The notes under the pieces: model-generated
Told to the model about the DNA's origin: nothing
Database searches by the model: none
The model's input: the letters and a program-made list of their open reading frames with translations, nothing else
Part shown: positions 28,294 through 39,760 of the stretch, piece after piece
Position numbering within the stretch: the first letter of the stretch is position 1
Layout: the number at the start of each line of letters is the position of its first letter
Position numbers and translations under genes: made by a program
Origin: Nannocystales bacterium
Lineage (GTDB): Bacteria; Myxococcota_A; Polyangia; Nannocystales; Nannocystaceae
DNA: 64,000 nt
NCBI GenBank assembly: GCA_050633305.1
Contig: JBOEGF010000018.1
Coordinates: 224,001-288,000 of the forward strand
Direction: 5' to 3'

Positions 28294-30735
28294 TCACGTC
28301 CGTACGCGGACGAGCCAAGCCGTACACGCCAACAATGCGACGTAACACACTGCTCCGGCGTAGAGCGTCGCGGCGATTCCCCAAGCCATCGAGCACGTCA
28401 GCGCGAGGCCACTGGCCACGACACCGCATGCTCCGTTGACGCCCCACATCCACGGACCGAGGTCAGGTCGACCTTCTCCGGAAAGGGCACTGACCAGGCG
28501 AAGCCCAAGGGGGAATCCTAACCCCATGCCGAGTGCGGGAACCCCAACGACCGCGACGCCAGCGAGGACTCTGGTTGCCGTGGGGGCGCTCGCCAACGCC
28601 TGCATGATCGGATCGAGGGTCAATGCGACACCGACGACAAGCAGGGCGGGGAGCAGGGGGTACAGCCGCGCGACCACCGGATGGTCCATGGGGACCTTGC
28701 CCGAGAGCAGGCTGCCGACCCCCGTAAAGAAGATGATGCCGCCCAACAACGAGGCAAGCGCGAGGGTGGGGTGGCCTATGAAGACGTTCAGCCGCGAAAG
28801 CAGCCCCATCTCCACGAACATGAAGCCCAGCCCGATGAGCGCGAAGTAGCCACACGAAGCGCCAACATCCGCCAAGCGGTACCCCGAGAGGTCCTTGCGT
28901 CGCCACAACAGTGGAATCACCACCGCGAAGAACGTCAGCACCGTGGACGCAACCGTGGCGTAGATGAGGGTCTGTGTGGCGTAGAGGTTGCCGAGGAACG
29001 CGTGGTCGAGTTCTCCGAGATCCTCACCGTGCGTGAGCCATGCTCCGGGCCGGAGCATGTTGAAGAAGAACGGGCGCTCGTCCGTCGGCGGCGTGAAATC
29101 CAGGTCTTGCGTTCGCGCCCACGCCCACATGGCGTCACGATCGGTGAACTCGGCGAGCTCGCGAAGCATGGGGTTGAGTGGCAGGCGTCGGGGGGTGAGC
29201 AGCATGTTGTAGCCGCGCTTGACCGCCTGACGTTGCACGCGATCGATGTCCTTGTCGGAGAAGGGCAACGCGGAGACCAACAGCGTGGCGATCGCCTGGT
29301 TCTGCAGCAGCACGATGTGCTTGCGCGGCTCCTTGACGCCCAGAGACCACAAGGTCTCCATGGCGAGCCCGAGCATCCTGGCGGTCTCCCCAGGGGAGGA
29401 AGGCTTGTACCAACGGGACACCGTGAAGATGCCTTTGGGCTCGAGGCGGCTGAGGAAGATCCGCCACGCTTCGACGGTGTACAGCCCGTTCTCAGACAGC
29501 GCGTAGGCTCCCGCGCCCGTTGCAGCCCACGTGTCGATGAGCGACATCGTGAGCACCCGATAGCGTTGCTGGTCTCGGGCCATGAACGATCGAGCCTCGT
29601 CGTTGACCAGCGTGACGCCTGGGAGGTCGGCGATGCCGGAGAACTCCCGCATCGGGCCCTCGTGCAGGTGCACGATCAGGTCGTTGAGCTCCACGCCCAC
29701 GACTTTGTCGTGTCCGACCCGGACGGCTTCGAGCACATCGCGGCCTCCACCGACTCCGATGACGGCCGCCGGCCCGTGGGGCCGCAGAAGGTGTGCGAAC
29801 GAGGTGACGTCCCACGCCAGGTACCGGTGCATGTCCGGTGCGCCCGGAACATCGTCGTCGGGGTTGGTGTCGAGACCGGCCATCATGGTCCCCGCGGCTC
29901 CGTCGATCTTGACGAAGCGCTGCGGGATCGCCTGGGCGAGCTCCGGCGGAAGTTTTCGGGAGGGTGCCCACAGGGCCGGGGGCACCTCGATGGTGTCGTC
30001 GACCGTGACCCGCGAGTAGGTGTTCCACTCGCGGAAGGCGTGGATCGAGCGGACGTCCTCGAAACCTTTCACGTAGCGGGGGTAGACCAGTCCACCATCG
30101 GTGGCAGCGTTGCCGATCCCGCCGCCCACCAAGACGACGGTGAGCGCGAGCAAGCCCCGCAACTGCCCCGCGCTCACGGCTGACTGGCCGCCGCGCGCGA
30201 ATGCGTAGCCCGACGCCGCGGCGAGCCCACTGGCGATCAGGATGCCGCTGGGAGCATCAACCAAGTCGAGCAGCGGGATCACGACGACGCAACCCGCGGC
30301 CGCTCCTACCAGATCGACCCCGTACACGGTCCCTGGCGGCATGCCGGCTCGCGTGAGGGCCAGCGTGAGAACGACGCCGCTGACCGTGAACGGGATCGCG
30401 AGTGCGGTGCCGTATCCGAGGGTCTCCGCGAAGCTCGCGGCCGAGGTGATCGGCTCGAGAGGGATCTGAAGGGCGGCCCAAACGCCCACCGGCATCAAGA
30501 CCGCGAGCAGCCCGGAGCCCTGAACCAGCCTCAGCGTGATGTCTTCGTCGCGGAACCACTTGGGTCGAACGAAAACCACGACGGCGCCCGCGGTCATGCC
30601 GAGCATGGCCAGCGAGATCACGAAGAAGGCCAAGTGGTACCAGGCGACGACCGAGGTGATGCGCGTGAGCAGCACCTCGATGATCAGGGTCGCCATGGCG
30701 ATGAGGAACACGCCCGAGTAGGTGGCCTTGCGCAT
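28294..30735 (-). CDS. Polytopic membrane protein with central spermidine-synthase-like/class I SAM-binding domain
   Basis: About 7 N-terminal and 6 C-terminal TM helices; VIGVGGGRD, GVELN, DEARSF, ENGLYTVEA, PPTDERPFF. Confidence 0.85.
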   Translation of the reverse strand: MRKATYSGVFLIAMATLIIEVLLTRITSVVAWYHLAFFVISLAMLGMTAGAVVVFVRPKWFRDEDITLRLVQGSGLLAVLMPVGVWAALQIPLEPITSAASFAETLGYGTALAIPFTVSGVVLTLALTRAGMPPGTVYGVDLVGAAAGCVVVIPLLDLVDAPSGILIASGLAAASGYAFARGGQSAVSAGQLRGLLALTVVLVGGGIGNAATDGGLVYPRYVKGFEDVRSIHAFREWNTYSRVTVDDTIEVPPALWAPSRKLPPELAQAIPQRFVKIDGAAGTMMAGLDTNPDDDVPGAPDMHRYLAWDVTSFAHLLRPHGPAAVIGVGGGRDVLEAVRVGHDKVVGVELNDLIVHLHEGPMREFSGIADLPGVTLVNDEARSFMARDQQRYRVLTMSLIDTWAATGAGAYALSENGLYTVEAWRIFLSRLEPKGIFTVSRWYKPSSPGETARMLGLAMETLWSLGVKEPRKHIVLLQNQAIATLLVSALPFSDKDIDRVQRQAVKRGYNMLLTPRRLPLNPMLRELAEFTDRDAMWAWARTQDLDFTPPTDERPFFFNMLRPGAWLTHGEDLGELDHAFLGNLYATQTLIYATVASTVLTFFAVVIPLLWRRKDLSGYRLADVGASCGYFALIGLGFMFVEMGLLSRLNVFIGHPTLALASLLGGIIFFTGVGSLLSGKVPMDHPVVARLYPLLPALLVVGVALTLDPIMQALASAPTATRVLAGVAVVGVPALGMGLGFPLGLRLVSALSGEGRPDLGPWMWGVNGACGVVASGLALTCSMAWGIAATLYAGAVCYVALLACTAWLVRVRT

Positions 30736-30736
30736 G

Positions 30737-31336
30737 TCAGTCGACTTTGAACGAGTAGTCGACGCCCATCGTGGATCCGTCGAAACTCGGGAAGCGGTGA
30801 CCATACACGACCTTGCGAGCACACGGGACGACCCCGGCCTTCTTCAGGTTTCCGCTGGCCTTCACCGTCACACCGCCAACTTTGCCACTGGGCTCGATGG
30901 ACAGCACGAAATCGAGTTCGCCCTTGAGGCCTTCATCGTGTGCGAGGGCGGACTTCTCGATGCATTTGTTGAACTTAGGTTCGAGTCGCGACAGATGCTG
31001 CCGGATCGTGCGATCGGCGAGCCGCTCGGTTCCAGCGTCCATGTCCAAGCCCTTGGCGGCCTTGGGATCGTAGCCGGGGACGTTGCTATCGTCTTCGGCC
31101 TTGAACCCTCCGCCCCCGTCCTTGGGCGCGGAGGAGCCTTTCCGGCGGCGGCGTCTCTTCTTCTTGCCCGAGGTCGGCTCGGGCTCGGGCTCGGGCGCTT
31201 CGAGCTCTGCAACGACACACTTCCCTGCTTCGCATTTTGTGCCTTCTCCGCACACGCCGTAGCACGCGTCAGGTCCCGGCTTCGGGTCGCATGCGGCAAC
31301 GAGCAAGACCGCGGTGGTAGCCAGCCAGCCCCTCAT
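30737..31336 (-). CDS. Lipoprotein with AgmX/PglI (TonB C-terminal-like) domain
   Basis: Lipobox VAAC, Cys-rich segment, EP and basic linker, C..K...GLKGEL...IEPSGKV..V..C....FP....V.Y.F. Confidence 0.75.
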   Translation of the reverse strand: MRGWLATTAVLLVAACDPKPGPDACYGVCGEGTKCEAGKCVVAELEAPEPEPEPTSGKKKRRRRRKGSSAPKDGGGGFKAEDDSNVPGYDPKAAKGLDMDAGTERLADRTIRQHLSRLEPKFNKCIEKSALAHDEGLKGELDFVLSIEPSGKVGGVTVKASGNLKKAGVVPCARKVVYGHRFPSFDGSTMGVDYSFKVD

Positions 31337-31373
31337 GCGCCCGAAGGTATCAGACGCGGTATGGTCTTCGGCG

Positions 31374-32819
<1,446 letters not shown>

Positions 32820-32859
32820 CGGCGGGACCCCCCGTTCATCACGGTGCTAGGGACGCCCC

Positions 32860-33486
32860 CTAGCCCAGGTCGAGCCCGTGCTCCGCTGCGACCGCTGCGT
32901 TGAGTGCCCGCGCTTTCTGCCGGGCCGGGCGTGCCTCGAGGCGCTCGATGTACGCCTCCCAGGCTGGCTTCTTCGGAAGCATGCCGAACTTCATCATCCA
33001 TCCGACGGTTCCGCCGAACAGCATGTCCGCCATGGAGAAGTTCTCGCCCAGGAGGAACGGCCCGTCACCGATCGCCGCGTCGATCGTCTCGAGCATCTCT
33101 TCGTAGGTGCCCCAACCCGCGGTCAGAGGCTTGAATTCCCAGTTCGCCGCCTTGGCCATGCACCCCGGCTCGATCACCGATGGCCCGTAGCAGATCCAGC
33201 GAAGGTAGGGAGCACGTTGTGGCGCGTCCAAGGCGGGCGCAAGCCGTCCGGGCGCGTACTTGTCGGCGAGGTACATCCCGATCGCCGCGACCTCGGCCAG
33301 CACCACGTCGCCATCGACCAGCGTGGGAACCTTGCCCATGGGGTTGAGCGTCTTGAACGCTGTGGTCTTGTGCGCCCCTTGCTCGAGCTCGACGAACTCG
33401 AGCGTGTACTCGCAGCCGACTTCTTCGAGGAACCACAGAACGTTCGCGGCCCGAGTCCGAGGGTGGTGATGCAGGACGATGGACAT
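32860..33486 (-). CDS. Glutathione S-transferase family protein
   Basis: HPRTRA..W.LEE.G, NPMGKVPTL.DG, E..AI..YLADKY, FLLGENFSMAD, RPA. Confidence 0.93.
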   Translation of the reverse strand: MSIVLHHHPRTRAANVLWFLEEVGCEYTLEFVELEQGAHKTTAFKTLNPMGKVPTLVDGDVVLAEVAAIGMYLADKYAPGRLAPALDAPQRAPYLRWICYGPSVIEPGCMAKAANWEFKPLTAGWGTYEEMLETIDAAIGDGPFLLGENFSMADMLFGGTVGWMMKFGMLPKKPAWEAYIERLEARPARQKARALNAAVAAEHGLDLG

Positions 33487-33499
33487 GTCGCGGAGGCTA

Positions 33500-36397
33500 T
33501 CAATACCCGCGACGTCGGCGGAGCGCGCCGAGCAGAACGAACAGGAGGAGGCCCTCGCTTCCCCCCAAAGTGCCCGAGGCGGTACCCGAGGTGCACACGC
33601 AGCCGCGGTCGATGAGACCGTCGTCCTCGAGGTCGGCCATCCCGTCGGTATCGCCGTCAGTGTCCCCGCTTCCCTCGTCGGAGTCCGTGTCCTCTCCGGG
33701 GTCCTCGGGAATGGGTGCTCCGGGCTCGAGCTGGCAGCTTGCATCGCAGCCATCGCCCCCAGCCACGTTGCCATCGTCGCAGGCCTCGGGTGCCTCGACC
33801 ACGCCGTTTCCGCAGCCGGAGAGGGGGCCGTCGACAGCGACGACACAAACCTCTGCGAGTGACCAGCCTCCGAATTCCAGGCCGCCGTCGCTGCGAGTGC
33901 CGAACGTGAGCGCGACGCCCTGTGGCCCGGCGAACTCACTGATGTCGAAGTCGACGAACCGCCACTCCTGGTCCACGTGGTGGAACGAGGCCAAGGCGTC
34001 GTCGTCGGCCGCGAAGTTCTCCCAGAGCGACTCGCCGTTGACTTCGATGTACGCGCGGTCGAAGAAGCCGTCCTCGACCGCGAGCCAGCGCCGAAACTGG
34101 AGTCGGACCTGAGTGTACGGACCCGTGTCGATTGCCTCGAACGCGATCTCCTCCGTGCGTCCTGCCGGGTAGTTCCCTGGCTGCCAGACGTGGACGTCGC
34201 CTCTGAACGGCTCGCTGGGGTCGCTTCCAGAGGAGTCTGGGGTCCACGTGCCGAACTCCCAGCCCGGATCGGCGACAAAACCCGAGTCGGCGCCGAGGCA
34301 GCCGAGCTCGATGACTTCGCCGATGTACAGCTGGTACCAAGGGTCGACGATGTTGTCCGGCAGGGTCCGACTCGGATCGATGTCGTAGCCAGGAAGGACC
34401 TGAAGCTCGAGGACGGTGCCGCTCTCCTGGGCGGGGAGCACCGCGGTGTAGCCACCGACGGAGCCCGGCGTGGGCTGCATCGCAACCGCTGTGGCGTCTT
34501 GTGAGCCCCGTGCTCTCCACAACACGGTGGGCGCCGCGGCGATCGGGCAGTCGGGGAAGTTGGGGAGCGAGAGCTCGAGGGACACCACCGGCCCGCTCGC
34601 CTCCGCGCTCATGCTGACCTGCTCGTTGCCACGGCCGGGGTTGAACAGCCCATGTGGCCCGTAGGCAGCGTTGATGTCGCAGCCGTTGGGGGTCCCGTTG
34701 GTGAGGTCGCCGTCGTCGTCGTCGAGCAGCAGCGCTTCGGGGTACATCGACGGGATGTCGACGGCGCGCCGTGTGGTCTCGTACCAGACCCGGTCGGTGT
34801 ATGCGCGCCCTCCGTTTTCGCCGAGCTTGTCGATCATGCGCTTGCGGAGGTCCCACAGCGCGCCACCGATGATCAGCCCCTCGGCGTGGACTTCCCCGCG
34901 GTCTTCAGGCCACCGATGCTCGAAGCCGTCGGGGTCGAAGTCTCGCAGGGGGGTCTCGGGATCTCCGGAAAAGAAACCGCGCGCGAGTCCAGAGTCCCCG
35001 GTGAGGGTGGCCGAGAGGTAGTCCGAAATGCCTTCGCTCAGGCTGACGTTGAACTGACCTACGCCCGGGATGACCGACTGGGAGTGAATCGAGTGTCCGA
35101 ACTCATGATAGACGACGTCGGCGAGCAACGCAGTGTTCTCGCAACCACCGCCGCTGGTGAAAAAGTTGATGCTGTTGCCGTCCGAGAAGGCATTGCAGTC
35201 GTCGTCGATGTTGACGATGACAGGGATGGGCTCATCGAGCCAGTCCACCGTTGAGAACGTGCGGACGAAGTCCTTCACAACCATCGTGTGGACGTAGGCG
35301 TTGAGCTGCGCCTCGGACTCCTCGGTGGGCTCGAACCAGATCGACGTGGAGTCGCTGTTCGCCGGGAGGTTGACGGTGACCTCGGGGCCGGCGTCGTTGG
35401 TGACTTCGGCGAAGACGCCCTCGGTCGTGGGCGTGATGGTTGCGCTGGCTCCGGGGAAGTTGAAGAACCCCGCGTCGGTCGTGGTCTCTGCGACGCCGTC
35501 CACGGTGACGAACAACAGGTCGGCGGGGGCTTGAACGCGAGGCCCGCCCGGGCTGCGCACTGGGACGTCGAGGAGGAGCTGCCCCGTGCCGAACAGGAGG
35601 GTCTGTTCTCGTGCGACTGGCTCTCCCGTGCCCGCGTCGAGGTAGACGGTCCAGCGGGTCGGCGGCGATGCCAGCTCGACGGACGTTCGCCAGACCTCTC
35701 GGTACTCGAGGGTTCCGGCGTCATCAACGAGCGGAAGAACGAAGGGCCCGTGCACTGCACCCGTTTTCGTTGGGAGCCCGGCGATGTCATCCGTGACCCA
35801 GCCTCGGGCACGAGAGCTGACCTCTCGGCTTGTCGCCGCACGGGAGCGGCTTGCGACGCTCACGTCGGGGTAGGCCCCGGAGGCGATCATGACCAGTCGA
35901 TCGTATTTAAACCGGAAGCTGATGTGCCCTCCAAGGACAGTCGAACCATCGTGGGTTTGCTCGAATCCGACGCTGCGGATCCCCGCGCTGAGATCGTTGC
36001 TCACCAGGACGAAGTCGGACGCGCGGGAGCCGGGGGCGAGCAGGTCAAGGTGTCGGGCGAGTAGGTCGCTTGCGATCGTCTCGGCTTCCGCAGCGTCGGC
36101 CATGACGCCAGGCGTTGGGGTACCGGCGAGCAGCAGGTGGTGGGGGACGTCCGTCGCCAAATCCCAGGAGACCGACATCGGGCCGAGCTCCGCTTCCAGA
36201 CGGTAGAGGGCCGCTCGCCGAATCGCAGGAGCCGGCCGAAACTGTGCGTCTCGCGCGTCGCGGGACAGGACGCCGGTCGCACGTTCGAGGCGTCCGTCAG
36301 CGAGACTCCGCCCGGGGTTCTTGGCCGCAGAGGCGGGTCCAACCCAGCCGAGCGCACACGCCAACACAACCGACCCTGAAACTCGCTTCAACACCAC
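33500..36397 (-). CDS. Secreted thermolysin-like (M4/M36) Zn metallopeptidase with Cys-rich repeat and MYXO-CTERM anchor
   Basis: FTP/PepSY-like prodomain; CNAF; YHEFGH; SEGISDY; EVH; CGNGVVEAPEACDDGN..GDGC; GCVC...LLLFVLLGALRRRR. Confidence 0.9.
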   Translation of the reverse strand: MVLKRVSGSVVLACALGWVGPASAAKNPGRSLADGRLERATGVLSRDARDAQFRPAPAIRRAALYRLEAELGPMSVSWDLATDVPHHLLLAGTPTPGVMADAAEAETIASDLLARHLDLLAPGSRASDFVLVSNDLSAGIRSVGFEQTHDGSTVLGGHISFRFKYDRLVMIASGAYPDVSVASRSRAATSREVSSRARGWVTDDIAGLPTKTGAVHGPFVLPLVDDAGTLEYREVWRTSVELASPPTRWTVYLDAGTGEPVAREQTLLFGTGQLLLDVPVRSPGGPRVQAPADLLFVTVDGVAETTTDAGFFNFPGASATITPTTEGVFAEVTNDAGPEVTVNLPANSDSTSIWFEPTEESEAQLNAYVHTMVVKDFVRTFSTVDWLDEPIPVIVNIDDDCNAFSDGNSINFFTSGGGCENTALLADVVYHEFGHSIHSQSVIPGVGQFNVSLSEGISDYLSATLTGDSGLARGFFSGDPETPLRDFDPDGFEHRWPEDRGEVHAEGLIIGGALWDLRKRMIDKLGENGGRAYTDRVWYETTRRAVDIPSMYPEALLLDDDDGDLTNGTPNGCDINAAYGPHGLFNPGRGNEQVSMSAEASGPVVSLELSLPNFPDCPIAAAPTVLWRARGSQDATAVAMQPTPGSVGGYTAVLPAQESGTVLELQVLPGYDIDPSRTLPDNIVDPWYQLYIGEVIELGCLGADSGFVADPGWEFGTWTPDSSGSDPSEPFRGDVHVWQPGNYPAGRTEEIAFEAIDTGPYTQVRLQFRRWLAVEDGFFDRAYIEVNGESLWENFAADDDALASFHHVDQEWRFVDFDISEFAGPQGVALTFGTRSDGGLEFGGWSLAEVCVVAVDGPLSGCGNGVVEAPEACDDGNVAGGDGCDASCQLEPGAPIPEDPGEDTDSDEGSGDTDGDTDGMADLEDDGLIDRGCVCTSGTASGTLGGSEGLLLFVLLGALRRRRGY

Positions 36398-36419
36398 GAA
36401 CCGACCTAAACCCACATAC

Positions 36420-36448
36420 GTTGTAAACGTCGCAGGCAGGTCAAGCAA
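36420..36448 (-). promoter_or_regulatory. Putative sigma70 promoter for the metallopeptidase
   Basis: Minus strand TTGCTT-17 nt-TACAAC. Confidence 0.45.
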
Positions 36449-36489
36449 GGGATCCCCTGCGCGGCCGCCGGATCCGCGACAATCTCGAT

Positions 36490-38619
36490 GTGCGCGCCCA
36501 TCTGCTCCTCGGGCTGAGTCTTGCTGCCTGCCGCCCGCCCGAACCGTCGCCCCAACCTCGGTCGGAGCAGACCGCGCCGGAGACCGAGACGGCACCGTCG
36601 GCTCGTCCGCCGACGCGCCGAGAGTCGGTCGTGGACCGGCTCCACGGCGTCGACGTTGCGGATCCGTATCGCTGGCTCGAGGTCATGGACGAGCCCACCG
36701 ACGCGTGGACGCGGTCGCAAGACGGGTACGCCCGCGATTGGCTAAAGAGGGTTCCGGGCCGTGATGTGTTGCGGGCTGCTCTGCGTCCGCTGCTTCATGT
36801 CGAAAGCCGTTCGGCCCCGGTTCATCGGGGAGATCGATGGTTCTTCAGTCGAAGACGACCGGGGGAGGACAAGGCGCGTCACTTCGTCAGTGATGTCGGT
36901 GGTGACAACGAACGGGTGCTCATCGATCCTGCGACGTTCGGGCCTGCGGTCACGGTCCGAGCGGTGATGCCGAGTCCTGGCGGCCGCTACGTGACGTTCC
37001 TTCGGGCTACGAACGCTTCCGACGACGCGACGTTGATGATCCGCGACGTCGCAACGGGAGAAGACCTCGACGCTCCGATCGAAGGGGCTCGGTACGCGTC
37101 GCCGTCTTGGATGCCCGACGAGTCGGCGTTCTACTACACAGGGCTCTCGACCGACCCGGACGTTCCTCCGCCGGAGCGTCCGGGGACCGCATCGGTTCGG
37201 CGTCACATCGTCGGAACCGCCCCGCAGTTCGATGCGCGTATCTACGGACCGCTGGGCGACAACCAGTCGTTCCTGTGGGGGGAAGTCTCGCCGCAGGGCC
37301 GGTGGTTGGTCATCACCCGATTCCGAGAGTTCTCCACAACCCAGATTCACGTCGCGGACCTCACCGAGAAGTCTCGGACCTTCGTTCCGATCAACACCGG
37401 TGTTTCCGAAAGAGCCTACGCGCAGGTTCTTGGGGACCGCCTGCTGTTGCACACCAACCGCGACGCACCCAGGTTCCGCGTCTTGGAGCTCGACCTGAAC
37501 AAGCCGACGGCACCCTGGCGTGAACTGATTCCGCAAGGGTCGGGGACACTCGAGGGCGTGCACGTGAGCGCGGATGCGTTGACCCTGCACTGGCTGGAGA
37601 AGGCGCACTCGCATCTCGAGGTTCGGGACCTCGACGGTCAAAACCCTCGAACGCTCGAGCTTCCCGGTCGTGGCTCGGTCGCCGCGATCGTCGGTTCACC
37701 GACGCAGGATGACGCGTTCCTCTACTACACGTCGTTTGCCGACCCCCCACAGTGGCACCACATCCGTCCGGCCACAGGCGAGCGCTCGTTGTTCTGGAAA
37801 CAGCGCACGCCGATCGACACCGACCGCATCGAGGTTGATCAGGTCTGGGTGGAGAGCAAGGACGGCACGGCCGTGTCGATGTTTGTGGTCCATCGTGACG
37901 ACACCCCGCTCGATGGCGACCGTCCAACGTTGTTGACCGGATACGGTGGGTTTGGGGTCTCGCTCACGCCGCTGTTCTCGCCGACGGCCGCGCAGTGGGT
38001 CGATCACGGAGGGGTCTTCGCCGTGCCGAACCTGCGCGGCGGCGGAGAATACGGCGAGGCGTGGCACGACGCGGGTCGTGGTCCCCACAAGCAGAACGTC
38101 TTCGATGACTTCATCGCGTCCGCGCAGTGGCTGGTGGAGCGGGGGTGGACTCGCCCGGGCCGGCTCGCGATTCGCGGTGGGAGCAACGGCGGTCTGCTCG
38201 TCGGTGCGGTGATGACACAGCGCCCCGAGATGTTTGGGGCCGTCGTGTGCGAGGTTCCACTCTTGGATATGGTCCGCTACCACCTGTTCGGCGCTGGTCC
38301 CACGTGGATCGGGGAGTACGGGTCCTCGGCGGACCCCGACCAGTTTACGACCCTGTTCGCCTACTCGCCCTACCACCGCGTTCGCCAGGGAGAGCCATAT
38401 CCGCCGCTGCTGCTGAACTCTGCGGACTCCGACGACCGGGTCGACCCCAACCACGCGCGGAAGTTTGTCGCGGCGATGCAGTGGGCCACGCCGCAGACCC
38501 ACCCGGTGCTGTTGCGGGTGGAGTCCGAGTCCGGTCATGGCGGAGCGGACAGCGTCCAGGCCCGGATCGAGCACGCTGTCGACACCCTCTCATTCCTGCG
38601 GGCGACCGTCGGGCGATAG
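36490..38619 (+). CDS. Prolyl oligopeptidase (S9A) lipoprotein
   Basis: Lipobox LAAC; DPYRWLE; GYGGF; RGGGEYG; GGSNGG; DDRV; GHG. Confidence 0.96.
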   Translation: MRAHLLLGLSLAACRPPEPSPQPRSEQTAPETETAPSARPPTRRESVVDRLHGVDVADPYRWLEVMDEPTDAWTRSQDGYARDWLKRVPGRDVLRAALRPLLHVESRSAPVHRGDRWFFSRRRPGEDKARHFVSDVGGDNERVLIDPATFGPAVTVRAVMPSPGGRYVTFLRATNASDDATLMIRDVATGEDLDAPIEGARYASPSWMPDESAFYYTGLSTDPDVPPPERPGTASVRRHIVGTAPQFDARIYGPLGDNQSFLWGEVSPQGRWLVITRFREFSTTQIHVADLTEKSRTFVPINTGVSERAYAQVLGDRLLLHTNRDAPRFRVLELDLNKPTAPWRELIPQGSGTLEGVHVSADALTLHWLEKAHSHLEVRDLDGQNPRTLELPGRGSVAAIVGSPTQDDAFLYYTSFADPPQWHHIRPATGERSLFWKQRTPIDTDRIEVDQVWVESKDGTAVSMFVVHRDDTPLDGDRPTLLTGYGGFGVSLTPLFSPTAAQWVDHGGVFAVPNLRGGGEYGEAWHDAGRGPHKQNVFDDFIASAQWLVERGWTRPGRLAIRGGSNGGLLVGAVMTQRPEMFGAVVCEVPLLDMVRYHLFGAGPTWIGEYGSSADPDQFTTLFAYSPYHRVRQGEPYPPLLLNSADSDDRVDPNHARKFVAAMQWATPQTHPVLLRVESESGHGGADSVQARIEHAVDTLSFLRATVGR

Positions 38620-38693
38620 GGGGCCGCGCTGCGACCGCGTGGGATCTGGAGCGTCCGCCTTCAGAACCCAGCGGCCCGGACGAAGACACTGGT

Positions 38694-39062
38694 GTGCTCA
38701 GCAAGCTCCTCCCTTTCGCGGCTCTCAGTTTCTTGACCGCTGCGCCGGCCTTCGTCACGGCAGCGCCGACTGCAGAGACCGCAGTGGCATTTCATGCCCG
38801 GGCGACGATCTCGCACGCCGAACTGGCCGAGAACACCGCGAAAGGACTGGCCACACCTATCGGTATCGCCAGCGCATCCACGGACGCATGCGAGATTCGT
38901 TGCGTGCTCGAGACCACCGACTCGCCGACTTCAGACCACCTGCGGTGCGACTACGGCGAGTCCCGCTCGGTCACAGCCGGTTTCGAGGTCGTCGCGACCT
39001 GGTCCGAGGCCGGGGTTCAGTTCGAACCGACCGAGCAACTCGATCTTCAGTCTTGCCACTAG
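38694..39062 (+). CDS. Small secreted hypothetical protein
   Basis: GTG start, signal-peptide-like N-terminus, 4 Cys. Confidence 0.5.
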   Translation: MLSKLLPFAALSFLTAAPAFVTAAPTAETAVAFHARATISHAELAENTAKGLATPIGIASASTDACEIRCVLETTDSPTSDHLRCDYGESRSVTAGFEVVATWSEAGVQFEPTEQLDLQSCH

Positions 39063-39166
39063 CCGACCACGTGTCGACGGGCAGACGCTGACTAGCTTGG
39101 CGCCGTGAGGCGCACTCTTGAGGGAAATGGGGACAGGGAAGGGAGATGGCCTCGCCTTCGGACCGA

Positions 39167-39760
39167 CTAGCTCGGTTCGCAGGCGAGGTCTTCGACCAGG
39201 CACGCGTTGAGCGTTGTGCTGCGACCGGCCAGAGTACCGTCGAGGGGGCCGTCGAACGGGCTGAGGTAGTCGTCCGGATCCGTGACCATCGCGACCATCG
39301 AAGCCATGGATACAGCCAGCGGCTCCTCGCAGTTGTCATCTGCGGCCGAGACCGATGCGTCGGCAGACGGGAAGCACAGCGCATCGTTGATGAATGCGGA
39401 CGACGACACCGAAGCGCCATGGTGGCTCGCCGCTCGCGAGTTGGACTGCGAACCCAGCGGCTGCGACGGGTTGATGACGAGCACGAGGGCGGCCGCGGCG
39501 GCAGCCGTGTTTGCGACGGTGGCAGCCACTCGTTGCCACAGCGCGCGGCGGTGGGGTTGCGCGGCGACGGGCTGCGACTCGAACGTGGGGTGAGCTTCGT
39601 ACAGAAGCATCTCGAGTTGAGCCTCTTCGCGAAGCCGTCGAGCGCAGACCAAGCAGCTGCCGATGTGGGCTTCGACGCTGTCTTCGGCCGTGGCCTCGAG
39701 CTCGCCGCGTAGGTAGTCGGACAGATGGTCCGCCGACACGTGGTCTTTAACATCAAGCAT
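39167..39760 (-). CDS. Zinc-finger (zf-HC2) transmembrane anti-sigma factor
   Basis: HxxxCxxC motif HIGSCLVC; TM helix; GGAGG RBS; overlaps the sigma factor stop codon. Confidence 0.85.
   Translation of the reverse strand: MLDVKDHVSADHLSDYLRGELEATAEDSVEAHIGSCLVCARRLREEAQLEMLLYEAHPTFESQPVAAQPHRRALWQRVAATVANTAAAAAALVLVINPSQPLGSQSNSRAASHHGASVSSSAFINDALCFPSADASVSAADDNCEEPLAVSMASMVAMVTDPDDYLSPFDGPLDGTLAGRSTTLNACLVEDLACEPS

Noticed and set aside
32860..34485. 541-aa ORF suggesting a GST fusion
   Set aside because: The N-terminal part is an off-frame read of the metallopeptidase 3' end. GST starts at 33486.
39065..39745. 15/16-nt inverted match (GACCACGTGTCGACGG) flanking most of the anti-sigma gene
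   Set aside because: One copy is inside coding sequence, there is no recombinase or transposase nearby, and it is compatible with chance in GC-rich DNA.
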